A stretch of DNA of 64,000 nucleotides, from the NCBI GenBank assembly GCA_000146045.2, contig BK006945.2, forward strand, positions 928,001 through 992,000. The letters run 5' to 3'. Each line of letters opens with the position of its first letter. Within the stretch, counting starts at the first letter, position 1. Positions 33,401 through 43,916 of this stretch are shown in pieces. Below the pieces are notes generated by a model that made no database searches, was not told where the DNA came from, and was given only the letters and a program-made list of their open reading frames with translations. The position numbers and the translations under genes were made by a program. Source of the stretch: TPA_inf: Saccharomyces. Taxonomy: Eukaryota.

Positions 33401-34735
33401 TACGAAAACGACATGATATCAATGCCAATTCCAGAAATCAAAAGAATCCCGTTGGAATCCCTTTATTTATCTGTTAAGGCTATGGGTATAAAGGACGTTA
33501 AAGCGTTTTTGAGCACAGCTTTGGATGCCCCTCCTTTACCAGCTCTGCAAAAGGCAGAAAGAATATTAACAACGATAGGACTTGTTGATGAGTCCGACAA
33601 GTCACTCACACAGCTAGGTCAATTTATTAGCCTGATGCCTGTCATGGATAGTAAGCATGGTAAATTACTAATATACGGCATTCTGTTTGGCTGTACGGAC
33701 ATTTCTGTTTTACTTGTCTCGATACTCGGTATTGGAGTTTTGCCTTTCATCGGAGGTTTTGAAAATAGGGAAAAGATAAAAAAACTGCTATGTAAATATG
33801 AAAGTCGTGGGGATTTATTTGCAGTATTGGAAATTGTCAGAGATTACTTCAAAATCAAAGATTCGAGCATCAAAAGGAAATATTTGAGAGACAATTTACT
33901 TTCCTATAATAAAATTAATGAAATTAAGTCATCAACAGCCCAATATTATTCTATTTTGAAAGATGTAGGCTTTCTACCAATGGACTATAAAGTTGGAAGC
34001 ATTTCTGATTTGAATAGGAACGAGCGAAATTTTGATATCCTAAGGGCCATTCTCACGGGTGCGTTTTATCCACACATAGCCAGGGTGCAACTACCAGATG
34101 TAAAGTATCTATCAACAAGTTCCGGTGCTGTTGAAAAAGATCCTGAAGCCAAAATGATCAAATACTGGATTCGAAGCGAAGAGTATCAGGACAAATTAGA
34201 AGAATATAAGACGAAAATTTCGCAAGAGACGCAAAAGGTTGATTTGGAAGATTTACCGTTACCTGCTACTAGGGCATTCATTCATCCAAGTTCAGTCTTA
34301 TTTTCAACCAATTCAGTAAACTTGGAAGACGCTAAGTTACTCTCTGAGGTGGATGGTCCAATATCCCGTCAATCCAAAATACCAACCGTTGTAAAATACC
34401 CATTTGTTTTGTTTACCACGTCTCAAGTTACTAATAAGTTGTATTTGAGGGACTTAACCCCAACTACTACATTATCATTACTATTATTCGGAGGGGCAAT
34501 CTCTTATGACATTGGAGGTACTATTCATTCACCGGGCATCGTTGTCGACAACTGGCTCCCAATTAGAACCTGGTGTAAGAATGGTGTTTTAATCAAGGAA
34601 CTGAGAACACAACTTGATGAGGCCATAAGGAAAAAGTTAGAAAGTCCCGATTATGCTAAAAAATCTCAAATTGATAATTCTGGTGCTGATAAAACTCTAA
34701 AAATTGTTGAAAAAATTATAGCTTCCGAACAATAG
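30428..34735 (+). CDS. Putative DEAH-box RNA helicase YLR419W, 1435 aa
   Basis: Walker A GETGSGKST, DEVHERS (DEAH) box, SAT motif, and HA2/OB C-terminal domains. It has an N-terminal R3H/UBA-like region. Confidence 0.85.
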   Translation: MAKKTKNNSKSSTPVNDVPTTAGKKKAKGKKGQEPEPEDDKRAKQQSNRAKVTSTASWTGKLPHTILHETCQKRKWNKVEYDMKKIGDKGFIAIAVLSFTDPKTKETLTARMNDPTYDKASGKGLVIPQETPIEARHMASTIALYRIAYNTNLHMMLPPNHRKTWYALDDFRKDNLKTDEKRINKLFDLDPFKTMVEDRKLKAQREKEQVAQNNQAQKEQVARTILSSHGGISSSGKDRQERKVASHKNSHNPSLVRFPKKVWENSIFVDLDESSRQLIETSLKEKIDWQAKKISHKNETIAENREDLKAKLLTLQFRPKHVEEAMLYKDPLSFLLFNLPEDDLPPFFHKKKGDTKNKVEITNLPLSTRMIVERLTEIGVSSDEALLALQQNDMNENEAAGFLTREILPTLNSNTNEPVSETESIECWNQELESLESIYEGCVMDAKEDSHYTLNLIEKLKIKLKVYRTKNYPASLPGIVVSTFDKNYKLPDYIKKQILTRLLHYLQEGNLIGDMLVYHIYEWLKENISKIIDNPGPLIPDSDSKGAINKRNISNGKRSINNSSSRKFTKTTISEDTLSVLREEYTKRIKSSEYKSMQLVREQLPAWKKQKVIIDIINKNEVVLITGETGSGKSTQVVQFILDFLQKEKGDFGKTKIVCTQPRRISAIGLAERVSDERCVTCGEEVGYVIRGVNKTKASTRIKFMTTGVLVRLLQNARTMLENTIVVIDEVHERSIDTDLIVTLMKNLLHRVRGMKIVLMSATVNVDLFKKFFPGLATCHIEGRTFPITDYFLEDILSDLDFKIKREKALSYDDDSVDERNNDDQYLKPRADSKFFTSGQINYDLLCQVVEYVHKRLKAANDNGSIIVFLPGVGEINKCCNLLANKSNEADFMVLPLHSALTPEDQKRVFKKYHGKRKVVVSTNIAETSITIDDCVATIDTGRAKSMFYNPKDNTTKLIESFISKAEVKQRRGRAGRVREGLSYKLFSKNLYENDMISMPIPEIKRIPLESLYLSVKAMGIKDVKAFLSTALDAPPLPALQKAERILTTIGLVDESDKSLTQLGQFISLMPVMDSKHGKLLIYGILFGCTDISVLLVSILGIGVLPFIGGFENREKIKKLLCKYESRGDLFAVLEIVRDYFKIKDSSIKRKYLRDNLLSYNKINEIKSSTAQYYSILKDVGFLPMDYKVGSISDLNRNERNFDILRAILTGAFYPHIARVQLPDVKYLSTSSGAVEKDPEAKMIKYWIRSEEYQDKLEEYKTKISQETQKVDLEDLPLPATRAFIHPSSVLFSTNSVNLEDAKLLSEVDGPISRQSKIPTVVKYPFVLFTTSQVTNKLYLRDLTPTTTLSLLLFGGAISYDIGGTIHSPGIVVDNWLPIRTWCKNGVLIKELRTQLDEAIRKKLESPDYAKKSQIDNSGADKTLKIVEKIIASEQ

Positions 34736-34971
34736 TAATCAGTTCCTACTGTAGTCCCTGTATAATAATTATCATCTTCATTTTCGAAAAGGAATTTTTT
34801 TAACATATAGAAGTGTCAAAGTATAAAACACTAACAAAAATCTAAGAGATTATTGCGACTGCGTGTTTTTCTCTTTGCTGAATCAGGGCTAGAATCCCGT
34901 AAACTACATAGCACATTGTCTTTGCCATATTTTAAAAATTTTGTGGCGCCGTCAAAATAAAAAAAAAATAC

Positions 34972-35055
34972 TGAAGGATGCGAGGTTCGAACTCGCGCGG
35001 ACAACCGTCCAACAGATCTTAAGTCTGCCGCCTTAGACCACTCGGCCAACCCTCC
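34972..35055 (-). tRNA. tL(UAA): tRNA-Leu (anticodon UAA), intronless, 84 nt
   Basis: The reverse complement of 34972..35055 reads GGAGGGTTGGCCGAGTGGTCTAAGGCGGCAGACTTAAGATCTG...GAGTTCGAACCTCGCATCCTTCA. It has A/B boxes, a long variable arm, anticodon loop CTTAAGA, and a downstream oligo-T Pol III terminator (rc of 34961..34970). Confidence 0.85.
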
Positions 35056-35182
35056 GTCGATAATACAACAACAAGGAAATACAGGATACGAACACCATCC
35101 AGTTTAACTTGATTAATCTTTACGCATGCATATTGCTACATCTTTTTTATTCTGCAATATACATCTGTTTATATCTCATTAA

Positions 35183-35541
35183 TGTTGGTAAGCCTCTGAA
35201 AAATTTATCAAATACTAGTACAATTGTTTACCAACATCATTTTCGTTGCTAGAAAATTACTATACACCGTTAAGAAAAGACATAAATCATGAGACTAATA
35301 GAACAACACTAGGGATTAGCCAATTTAATGGGAGCTGAAATGCAGGGATTAATTATGCAATTACAAAATGAATGGTATCGTTTGAAATGAAAGAAGAAAC
35401 ACTAATATTATAACATAGAAATATCGATTTCTTCCTGCGAATTCCCATGTCCTCGTTGAGAACTTCTAATATGTTTTGTATGCCTAATATTATAGCTTTA
35501 CAAAAAAATAGAATCTCAACAATTATCCCACAATTCACTCA
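35183..35541 (+). repeat. Diverged solo delta (Ty1/Ty2 LTR) 127 bp upstream of tL(UAA)
   Basis: Starts TGTTGG and ends ...CACTCA. Internal blocks (GGAGCTGAAATGCAGGGATTAATTATG..., ...CCTCGTTGAGAACTTCTAATATG...) align with delta consensus with many substitutions. No intact TSD. Confidence 0.65.
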
Positions 35542-35652
35542 TGTCATGCTGCCTCTCGCGTATTTTTTCTTGAAACCGATGCTAGTTTAGTTGTCTTTCG
35601 GCATCAGCTCTAATTTTTTCAAGAATAGTATCTACAGAGTCAAATTTCATCA

Positions 35653-35668
35653 TTCGGAGAATTCCGAT
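35653..35668 (+). promoter_or_regulatory. Ppr1-type UAS (TTCGG-N6-CCGA) in the URA4 promoter
   Basis: TTCGGAGAATTCCGAT lies about 120 bp upstream of the URA4 ATG. The CGG-N6-CCG core is typical of Ppr1 sites in pyrimidine biosynthesis genes. Confidence 0.45.
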
Positions 35669-35784
35669 GAATCGGCATCGTCAGAGAAGCTATATAAGAA
35701 GAGATAAACACATTTGAAAGATAGGATATACTTTGAAAGTGTTCTGGTGACCACTATATCACTTAAGTAATACCTAACAAAGCA

Positions 35785-36879
35785 ATGGTACAAGAAATCG
35801 ATTTAGGTTTGACATGTGATATGCATGTTCATGTAAGAGAGGGTGCGATGTGTGAACTAGTCACCCCCAAGATTAGAGATGGTGGGGTTTCAATTGCTTA
35901 CATCATGCCAAATTTACAACCTCCAATTACCACACTAGATAGAGTGATTGAATACAAAAAGACACTGCAGAAACTAGCTCCTAAAACTACCTTCTTAATG
36001 AGTTTTTATCTTTCAAAAGACTTAACTCCAGATTTAATTCATGAAGCTGCCCAACAACATGCCATTCGTGGAGTAAAGTGTTATCCAGCGGGAGTAACAA
36101 CAAATTCGGCTGCTGGGGTGGATCCAAATGACTTCAGCGCATTTTACCCAATTTTCAAGGCTATGCAAGAAGAGAACCTGGTATTAAATTTGCATGGGGA
36201 AAAACCTTCTGTCCATGATGGAGACAAAGAACCTATTCATGTATTGAATGCAGAGGAAGCCTTTTTGCCAGCCTTGAAAAAATTGCATAATGATTTCCCA
36301 AACCTGAAAATAATTCTGGAACACTGCACTAGCGAGTCGGCAATAAAGACAATCGAGGATATAAATAAGAACGTGAAGAAAGCCACTGACGTAAAGGTTG
36401 CTGCCACATTAACGGCTCATCACTTATTTTTAACAATTGATGATTGGGCCGGAAATCCGGTAAATTTTTGCAAACCTGTTGCGAAACTTCCAAATGACAA
36501 AAAGGCTCTAGTCAAAGCTGCTGTATCAGGGAAACCATATTTTTTCTTTGGATCTGATTCAGCACCTCATCCTGTACAAAATAAGGCCAATTACGAGGGT
36601 GTTTGCGCAGGAGTTTACTCACAATCTTTTGCGATCCCTTATATCGCCCAAGTTTTTGAAGAGCAAAATGCCTTGGAGAACTTAAAGGGCTTTGTTTCCG
36701 ACTTCGGAATTTCCTTTTATGAGGTTAAAGATAGCGAAGTGGCTTCTTCAGATAAGGCAATATTATTCAAAAAAGAACAAGTTATCCCTCAGGTTATCAG
36801 CGATGGCAAAGACATAAGCATCATCCCATTTAAAGCAGGTGATAAACTAAGTTGGTCGGTGAGATGGGAACCTCGTTAA
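35785..36879 (+). CDS. URA4: Dihydroorotase (YLR420W), 364 aa
   Basis: Amidohydrolase-superfamily metal-binding motif DMHVHVREG near the N-terminus. 364 aa. Confidence 0.9.
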   Translation: MVQEIDLGLTCDMHVHVREGAMCELVTPKIRDGGVSIAYIMPNLQPPITTLDRVIEYKKTLQKLAPKTTFLMSFYLSKDLTPDLIHEAAQQHAIRGVKCYPAGVTTNSAAGVDPNDFSAFYPIFKAMQEENLVLNLHGEKPSVHDGDKEPIHVLNAEEAFLPALKKLHNDFPNLKIILEHCTSESAIKTIEDINKNVKKATDVKVAATLTAHHLFLTIDDWAGNPVNFCKPVAKLPNDKKALVKAAVSGKPYFFFGSDSAPHPVQNKANYEGVCAGVYSQSFAIPYIAQVFEEQNALENLKGFVSDFGISFYEVKDSEVASSDKAILFKKEQVIPQVISDGKDISIIPFKAGDKLSWSVRWEPR

Positions 36880-37089
36880 TATGCAACAATATGTAGGCTC
36901 ATTTGAGAGTATAGACCATATATACATATTTATGGGAAAAATAAACTTACCTTCCAATAGAAGTTATAGATGCCATCATCATGCCTATTGTTATGGTCCG
37001 TATCTCTTTACAGAAGTTCACAGCCAAATGCGTTGATATGGTATATTTTTTCTCTTCAGTTTTTTATCAAAAAATGCCACAACCTTGAT

Positions 37090-37560
37090 TTAATCTTGCA
37101 TACTAACATCCACATCTTGAGCTTTTTGCTTTTCGTCATTGCTTTCTTCCTCATCACTTTCACTACTATTATTCAGCACTCCAATCATCTTATTGTAAAT
37201 TTCTTTATCTTTCGCACTCAATTCATTTAAGGGCAAATTACCTGAGTTCTTCTCTTGCAGCCAAAAGAAGTACCTTTCGTTGGATGAAAAAACTAAAGCA
37301 AATATTCTGCCACTTTTACTGGATTTTATTGGAACCCACATGGTCTCTCCAGGAATTAAAATCAAAGAAATAGGATCAAGTTCCCTCCCGACCGGCTTTT
37401 CCGTTGGACGCCACTCGAAATCCCAAAATCCCAATTCTTCCTCTTCATTTGGTTTGATCTCGATTTCACCCTGAACTGGAATTGGCGTACATAGACGTGA
37501 ATCTTCGTTGTATTCACAAACACCAGCCCTGAATTTAATTACAGTTGAACTCATACTCAT
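37090..37560 (-). CDS. RPN13: Proteasome ubiquitin receptor Rpn13 (YLR421C), 156 aa
   Basis: Pru-domain protein MSMSSTVIKFRAGVCEYNE.... The track ORF begins two codons upstream (M-L) of the true ATG at 37560. Confidence 0.8.
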   Translation of the reverse strand: MSMSSTVIKFRAGVCEYNEDSRLCTPIPVQGEIEIKPNEEEELGFWDFEWRPTEKPVGRELDPISLILIPGETMWVPIKSSKSGRIFALVFSSNERYFFWLQEKNSGNLPLNELSAKDKEIYNKMIGVLNNSSESDEEESNDEKQKAQDVDVSMQD

Positions 37561-37896
37561 CAACACTCTTTTAAAATTTATAAGTCAACCAGCACTTAGG
37601 TAGTTTTCTGGCACCCTTATAGAACCTAATCTACTGGTCATAGTAGAGTATTTAGTAGCAAAGCTTTCGCCACCTCGCGAATAATATATCACGAAATACG
37701 GAGGAATTTTAACTGAAATATATCAATAACGCATATCAAGGAGGGGATGACTTGATGAGTTGAAAATAATATAAATGGTTCAAGCAACCGTTTGTACACC
37801 ACTCAGTCAATTATTGCTTCAATTGAAATTATAGAGGACCGAAGATTAGTCATATAAAACAGGGGTCTTTTTTTCTTTAGGGAGATTACTATTACA

Positions 37897-40800
37897 ATGT
37901 CGCAACAGGATTCACAGCGCTGGCTGCCCACGGATCGGCTAATATATGGTGTGCTAGTCAAATCTTTCCTTCCCTTACAAAGGTATCCTGAGCTGGTATA
38001 TGAAAACAGCAATTATGCGAACGTTTATGTGGGTGCAGAAGTTTACGTCTTCGAAGAATCTGTGGATAAGAAATGGTGTAGAGCGTACCAATGTTTACGA
38101 CCCTTTCCTGAAGAATTCATATCGAATATGAACTCGGCGAATGATGTACTGCCAGACGTGAAACCGAAAGTAGTGATATTTCCTAGAAAATATGTTCATT
38201 TTGAAGCAGAAAAAGCCGTCAGCACAATGCCATTTTTCAAAGCACCTAGTGCTGAGGATTTTAAACCATTGATAAGTAAAGAATGTGAGTCCCGCTCCTT
38301 TTGTGACAGCCTATATGTTAGCTCTACTGATGATATATCAACTGGTAAACCAAGAAAGACACCGAGACCTCCGTTCCCCTTTTTCAGATACCAAAAGAGG
38401 TCCTTTAAGGACGAAATGGGTCCTATATTATCTCTTATTTCCTCGCATGTTTACTCTATGTATTCAATTGGCGAGTTTTCTATATATAGGAAAATGATAA
38501 AACTTTATTATGATTTGGACACTATACGATTTAGATTGTCTATGAATTTAACCACAGAGGCTGAGAAAATAAATCTGATAAGAGCAGCAACATCCCTAAG
38601 AACTAAAATCGCAAAATTTTTGTCCTCCACATACAGGAAGAATAAACTAATTGCTAACTCTACTCCAAGAAACCCAGATCCTTATGGTTTCGAAGGAATT
38701 TTTGCCAGGGATATTGATACTGGCGAATTGCTCTCATACGAGATCGACAAATTAAGAACTTTAGTGTCATCGTCAATGCTTTGTGGTTTAACTAATAATT
38801 TTCCTACTGTACCTGTGGTAGAGTCCGATGATGAGTCCTCATCTAACGGACTATTCGGCACAGTTAGATCGAGCATTTTGGTTAACTTGAAAGATCTGGC
38901 ATGGGATCCCTCTATATCAGATCCTAAATATCAAGATCTTTCTATTTGTGTATACTTGAGAACCAAAGACGAAGTTTTAACAGAGTCTTTTACCATGACG
39001 AAGTCGTCCAATATGGAATCAGCTCTAGATGAAATTCCTGCAATGTTATTCAAGAATATTTTGGAAACGATAGTCCATAAAAATAAAGTATACTTAGTAG
39101 TAGTGCTGAAGGAAACAATAGCAATTACAACAGAAACTGCTCCGGAAATTTCATCTTACAATATATCTACCGAAGAGTCAAGTTCACATTCCCCATTTTC
39201 TCCATTTAATTCATCGACTGAGAATAAGATTGACCACGTAAAAAAGGGCTTAGCTGCCGGAGTTATTAACATATCTCCGGTATTCAAGTTTTATAACGGC
39301 CTATCAGTTGCGAATAAAGCTCAGAGGTTTAACCTTTATCTTTATAGCTCCGATTCCTCGGATTCGCAAAACTTCAACTCTTCAAAGGATGCGGATTTAG
39401 GTTGGGGCGGGTTAATAAATAAGATAATAAAAGATTCTTCTGAAGGCGTTTCTGTGAACCCTAGGGCTGTTTCTTTATCGGTAACTGTAAAGGAAATTAT
39501 AGGCAAACAAGAGGCGGAAAAAGTGCTCTCCACATCTTTAGTACCGATAAGATCTATTCCCACATACTTTTATGATACCATGTTTAGCCAAGCAGAAAGA
39601 ATTTATCTGAACTTAGGTAGGGTGTCGCTTTATGGACTTCCTGCAGCTGATACAAATATAGAAAATGTTACCGTTCAAATATCCTGCAGGAATAAGGCCG
39701 TAAAATTTTGCAAAAATAAGCTCGAAGAGAGATCTGGGGACTGGAAGTTTGTTTCAGTTCGTCCAAATGAGAGCATAGGCGAATCGATTAGAATAGAAGG
39801 GGTAGAGAACATGAACGAAGACGAGACATTAAGAGTATTGGTATATTTGAATGGATTTTTGATGGCAAAATCAAATATACATATCAAGAAAAAGAACGAA
39901 ATCATAGAATATAGAAAGGGTACCGTATTCCAAATAATGTCATCCAAATCAGTACCTCTAATTCATTTAGAGCTTGAAGCATCATATTTTGGTCGGAGAT
40001 ATAATATCAACCCTGCCATTACAAATTTCTTAGTTCTTCAAACCAAAAATGTTGAATTCGACCAGCAACTTAAAGAGCACTATTCAGTTACATTGAAGCA
40101 GCTGAATAACGTTTCTTTTAAAGATTTACTAAAGCATTTTGACACAATTTTAGCACACTATTTGTTACTTCTTGAATCGGTGAATGAAGCTACTGATAAA
40201 AAAGGCCCTTCTTCAAGTTTACCCAATATTGTATTCAGTGAATTCGTCAAGTTTTTAAATTTAATGTTAACACACCAAGAAAACTCTAGATATTGGTTTA
40301 ATAGACTGTACAAAAAAGTCATGTCAAAGGAACTAGAATGTCCCAATGTTGCACCGATACTAATAAAACATATGACAACGATCTTTGATAGGAGTCATTC
40401 TTCTTGGACTAGAACAGGAACTGCAATCTGCCGAACCATCCTGTACATAATTGTGTTGGCAATCGGTTCGTCTCATTCTGATGAAATGCCTAATTTCAGT
40501 CATTTTTTCAGAAGCTTGCACAAATTTTTAATGCTTGCTGATGAGCCAATAATGGCGGATCAAATTTTGTTAATAGAAAGTATTCCCTCTATGCTGGAGA
40601 CAATGACCAATCACTGTAAGGTGGAAGACTTAGTTCGTTTTGCGATCGGACTGTTTGAATGTTGCCAGGAAAAAGAAATGAATCAAAAAATGTACTCCAG
40701 GCCACTCTCAGTTCGAGAAGAAGAATATTTGAATACAAAGTTTAATTGCCTGTTGAAGTTAATTAACAAGAAGGTTTTGCAAAATTATTTAACCAATACG

Positions 40801-43695
40801 GAATCCGTAGATAAACTGAGGTTACAGTTTTTATCTAAAACCCTTGAGTGGTTACTTACGCCGTATACTCCAGGCGATGACAAATGTTTTCACGTAGAAT
40901 CCTTACGCTTGGTTAATTCTGTTTTCATTACAATAATCGAAGATTACAAATTTGACATGCTACAAAGGAACTTGATAAGGTTACTACCATATTTGTGTAA
41001 GTCCTTCGTCCATTTAAGAAGGTACTGTAAGAAAGCACGTTTAATGAGGCCTCGAAGAGTTTTTACCATGCTTTTTCCCAGAGAAATTCCATGCAACTAC
41101 ATACCGGTTGATTCAATAGTGAATGATGAAGTAGTCGTAGAAGTTCTTCTAGAGCTTGCCATCATAATTTGTGAAATAACGAAAATTGCATCAAGCAGAT
41201 TTCCATCATATCAATCTTTCAGCGAAATCATAAACTTGTGCGATAAAGACACTCTTTTTCAATCAAATTTTTATTCACGACAAATCACGAATGAAAATGT
41301 CTATACAATAACCAAAACAGTTTTTTTGTTTTTTAAACAAGATTGGTTCCCAGGAATGAAGTGGCTTGGCGTATCAGCGTTATTAGGAAGATCGTCTCTA
41401 ATATTGCTTAGTTTATGCAAGGATTATATCATAGAAAATAATTCACCTTCTCCATCAAAGGAGTCTGAAAAGAGGGTTGACATGCGACTTTGGGCAGAAT
41501 ATGTAAAAGTCATACTACTAGTTTCAAACCATAAAAGTGCATCCTTGACTAAGTTAGCTATTACTCCACGTAAGGCCGTTTATTTGATATCGGGTGACCT
41601 GAAAAAAATTTCAGCATATATCCTAAATGAATGTTGGGATGCCCTAGCCACTGGGCACTATAATATCACTTATGCTAAAAAGTATGGATTAGGAGCCTTG
41701 AGTGATTGCCAATTTGAATTGTTTGTTCATAATCAATTTTTGATACGTGAGATCTTTATTTTTGCTTTCCATAGACATATCGATGCAACAAGAATTTGTT
41801 GCAAAATACTATGGGGATTAGGGCTAAATTTTTGGAGGATATTTGGGTCCCTACAACCAGCAGTGAACGCATGTATCCCAGAATTATTCAGCGCATACCA
41901 AATCGGGAAGCTTCGTTTGAATGATTACGAATTGGAAAGGTTTGTTTCTTGTTTGTTTTTTATGATGCACGTTCCCGATTCTGACACCTTTTTTCCTGCT
42001 TGTATGGATTTCTTAAGAGATTTACTTGGTTTTTTGCATATTGTAAATGAAATCTACAAAATACCTAATCAAGAAGAATTTGATGATGATCGGACTGCTC
42101 GGCACATAGAGATGTTCGAGTACTTGCTAGAAGCAAACAGGCCAGAGTTGTTTCATAAAATGATATATGATTTGTTTATCCACTTTATTCAGAAAAAAGA
42201 CTTTGTTCAAGCAGCTTTGAGTCTAGAACTCTTGGCAGGTACGTACGCTTGGGATTCTAATGATACTCTTGAAGCAATATCTTTCCCGCCATTGCCAGAG
42301 CAATCTTCATTTGAGAGGAAGGAATATCTTCTTAAGGAATCCGCAAGAAACTTTTCGAGAGGCCAAAAACCAGAAAAAGCTTTAGCGGTATACAAGGACT
42401 TGATAAAAGCCTACGATGAGATCAATTATGATTTAAACGGGCTGGCCTTTGTACATGACCAAATAGCAGGCATTTATACCAGATTACAGTCCATTGATAG
42501 ACTGGTTCCAACGTATTTTAAAGTTTCTTTCATGGGATTTGGTTTTCCAAAATCATTAAGAAATAAATCGTTCGTCTTTGAGGGTCTCCCATTTGAACAC
42601 ATTACGTCTATGCATGACAGGCTTCTACGAAGCTATCATGGGTCAAATATTGTACACTCACAAGAAGAAGTGGATATGTTATTGATGAATCCTCCAATGG
42701 GAAAATACATTCATGTAGCTTCCGTCGAACCGTGCTTAAGTATATCCGATAATTACAACAGTAGTGACAAGAAAAGCTCAATTAACAACAAAGTGCGGAT
42801 GTACATTGAGAATAGAGATTTGAGGACTTTCAGTAATTCTCGACGTTTGCCAGGCGCAAAAGGAGTCACTGACCTGTGGGTGGAGGAATATACGTATCAT
42901 ACTATGAATACTTTTCCAACACTAATGAATAGATCAGAAATTGTAAAGGTTACGAAGAGCAAACTTTCTCCACTTGAAAATGCAATTCGTTCCTTACAAG
43001 TTAAAATACAGGAGTTATATGGGCTTGAAAACATGTGCAATAAAACTCTGAAGGACCACGGTGATGTGAACGATTTATTTACCGAGCTTTCTACAAATAT
43101 TACGGGAACAATATCAGCTCCAGTTAATGGAGGCATATCACAGTACAAGGCCTTTTTAGAACCCTCCACATCCAAGCAGTTCAGTACTGATGATTTAGGA
43201 AGATTGACGCTAGCTTTTGATGAGCTTGTTGCAGTATTAGGTCGCTGTCTAACGTTGCATGCAGAACTACTACCATCAAAGGATCTAAAACCATCACATG
43301 ATCTTCTAGTGCGTCTTTTTGAGGAAAATTTCGCTGAGGAGATAGAAAGATATAGTCGTACTCTCAGTGAGGCCAATCGTAGCAGGAATAACATGATTAC
43401 TGCTCGAATAATTTCGCACAAGAACCCCAATAAAAAGGCAAGCTTTTCTGGAAGGGATCATCACACCTCAGGGTCCAATCATAGCCAATTTGTATTAGAA
43501 CATAGCGACTCATTTGGCCCAAACAGTTTACTTTTTGGAAAATATTTAACAAGAACGTTATCCCACTCGTCCACTACGAGCAGTTTGGATAAAAGTGGAA
43601 TTGTTTCCGGCACTTCGAGCACCTTTTTGGCAGGGTCACAGCCAAACACCAACACAGATTCACAGCACAAGCATGATTACTCACATTCGGGATAA
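37897..43695 (+). CDS. DCK1: DOCK-family Rac GEF Dck1 (YLR422W), 1932 aa
   Basis: 1932-aa ORF with DHR-1 and DHR-2 (DOCKER) regions. Size and synteny match. Confidence 0.85.
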   Translation: MSQQDSQRWLPTDRLIYGVLVKSFLPLQRYPELVYENSNYANVYVGAEVYVFEESVDKKWCRAYQCLRPFPEEFISNMNSANDVLPDVKPKVVIFPRKYVHFEAEKAVSTMPFFKAPSAEDFKPLISKECESRSFCDSLYVSSTDDISTGKPRKTPRPPFPFFRYQKRSFKDEMGPILSLISSHVYSMYSIGEFSIYRKMIKLYYDLDTIRFRLSMNLTTEAEKINLIRAATSLRTKIAKFLSSTYRKNKLIANSTPRNPDPYGFEGIFARDIDTGELLSYEIDKLRTLVSSSMLCGLTNNFPTVPVVESDDESSSNGLFGTVRSSILVNLKDLAWDPSISDPKYQDLSICVYLRTKDEVLTESFTMTKSSNMESALDEIPAMLFKNILETIVHKNKVYLVVVLKETIAITTETAPEISSYNISTEESSSHSPFSPFNSSTENKIDHVKKGLAAGVINISPVFKFYNGLSVANKAQRFNLYLYSSDSSDSQNFNSSKDADLGWGGLINKIIKDSSEGVSVNPRAVSLSVTVKEIIGKQEAEKVLSTSLVPIRSIPTYFYDTMFSQAERIYLNLGRVSLYGLPAADTNIENVTVQISCRNKAVKFCKNKLEERSGDWKFVSVRPNESIGESIRIEGVENMNEDETLRVLVYLNGFLMAKSNIHIKKKNEIIEYRKGTVFQIMSSKSVPLIHLELEASYFGRRYNINPAITNFLVLQTKNVEFDQQLKEHYSVTLKQLNNVSFKDLLKHFDTILAHYLLLLESVNEATDKKGPSSSLPNIVFSEFVKFLNLMLTHQENSRYWFNRLYKKVMSKELECPNVAPILIKHMTTIFDRSHSSWTRTGTAICRTILYIIVLAIGSSHSDEMPNFSHFFRSLHKFLMLADEPIMADQILLIESIPSMLETMTNHCKVEDLVRFAIGLFECCQEKEMNQKMYSRPLSVREEEYLNTKFNCLLKLINKKVLQNYLTNTESVDKLRLQFLSKTLEWLLTPYTPGDDKCFHVESLRLVNSVFITIIEDYKFDMLQRNLIRLLPYLCKSFVHLRRYCKKARLMRPRRVFTMLFPREIPCNYIPVDSIVNDEVVVEVLLELAIIICEITKIASSRFPSYQSFSEIINLCDKDTLFQSNFYSRQITNENVYTITKTVFLFFKQDWFPGMKWLGVSALLGRSSLILLSLCKDYIIENNSPSPSKESEKRVDMRLWAEYVKVILLVSNHKSASLTKLAITPRKAVYLISGDLKKISAYILNECWDALATGHYNITYAKKYGLGALSDCQFELFVHNQFLIREIFIFAFHRHIDATRICCKILWGLGLNFWRIFGSLQPAVNACIPELFSAYQIGKLRLNDYELERFVSCLFFMMHVPDSDTFFPACMDFLRDLLGFLHIVNEIYKIPNQEEFDDDRTARHIEMFEYLLEANRPELFHKMIYDLFIHFIQKKDFVQAALSLELLAGTYAWDSNDTLEAISFPPLPEQSSFERKEYLLKESARNFSRGQKPEKALAVYKDLIKAYDEINYDLNGLAFVHDQIAGIYTRLQSIDRLVPTYFKVSFMGFGFPKSLRNKSFVFEGLPFEHITSMHDRLLRSYHGSNIVHSQEEVDMLLMNPPMGKYIHVASVEPCLSISDNYNSSDKKSSINNKVRMYIENRDLRTFSNSRRLPGAKGVTDLWVEEYTYHTMNTFPTLMNRSEIVKVTKSKLSPLENAIRSLQVKIQELYGLENMCNKTLKDHGDVNDLFTELSTNITGTISAPVNGGISQYKAFLEPSTSKQFSTDDLGRLTLAFDELVAVLGRCLTLHAELLPSKDLKPSHDLLVRLFEENFAEEIERYSRTLSEANRSRNNMITARIISHKNPNKKASFSGRDHHTSGSNHSQFVLEHSDSFGPNSLLFGKYLTRTLSHSSTTSSLDKSGIVSGTSSTFLAGSQPNTNTDSQHKHDYSHSG

Positions 43696-43916
43696 TATGT
43701 CAGAAGTTGTTCACTATAAAATATACGCATATGTAATCATTTATTTATTCATTCATGACTTTTAGTTGAAAAGGGCACATTTTTCTTTGTCGTAAAAGTG
43801 AAGAAGACAGCGAATTTTTTCCTTTCTCCTTCAAGTATTGCTTTTTTGATAAAGTATTTTTCGAAATATTGATACAATTATTGAATCTTTGTACCGTATC
43901 CTTTTTTTCCTTTTTT

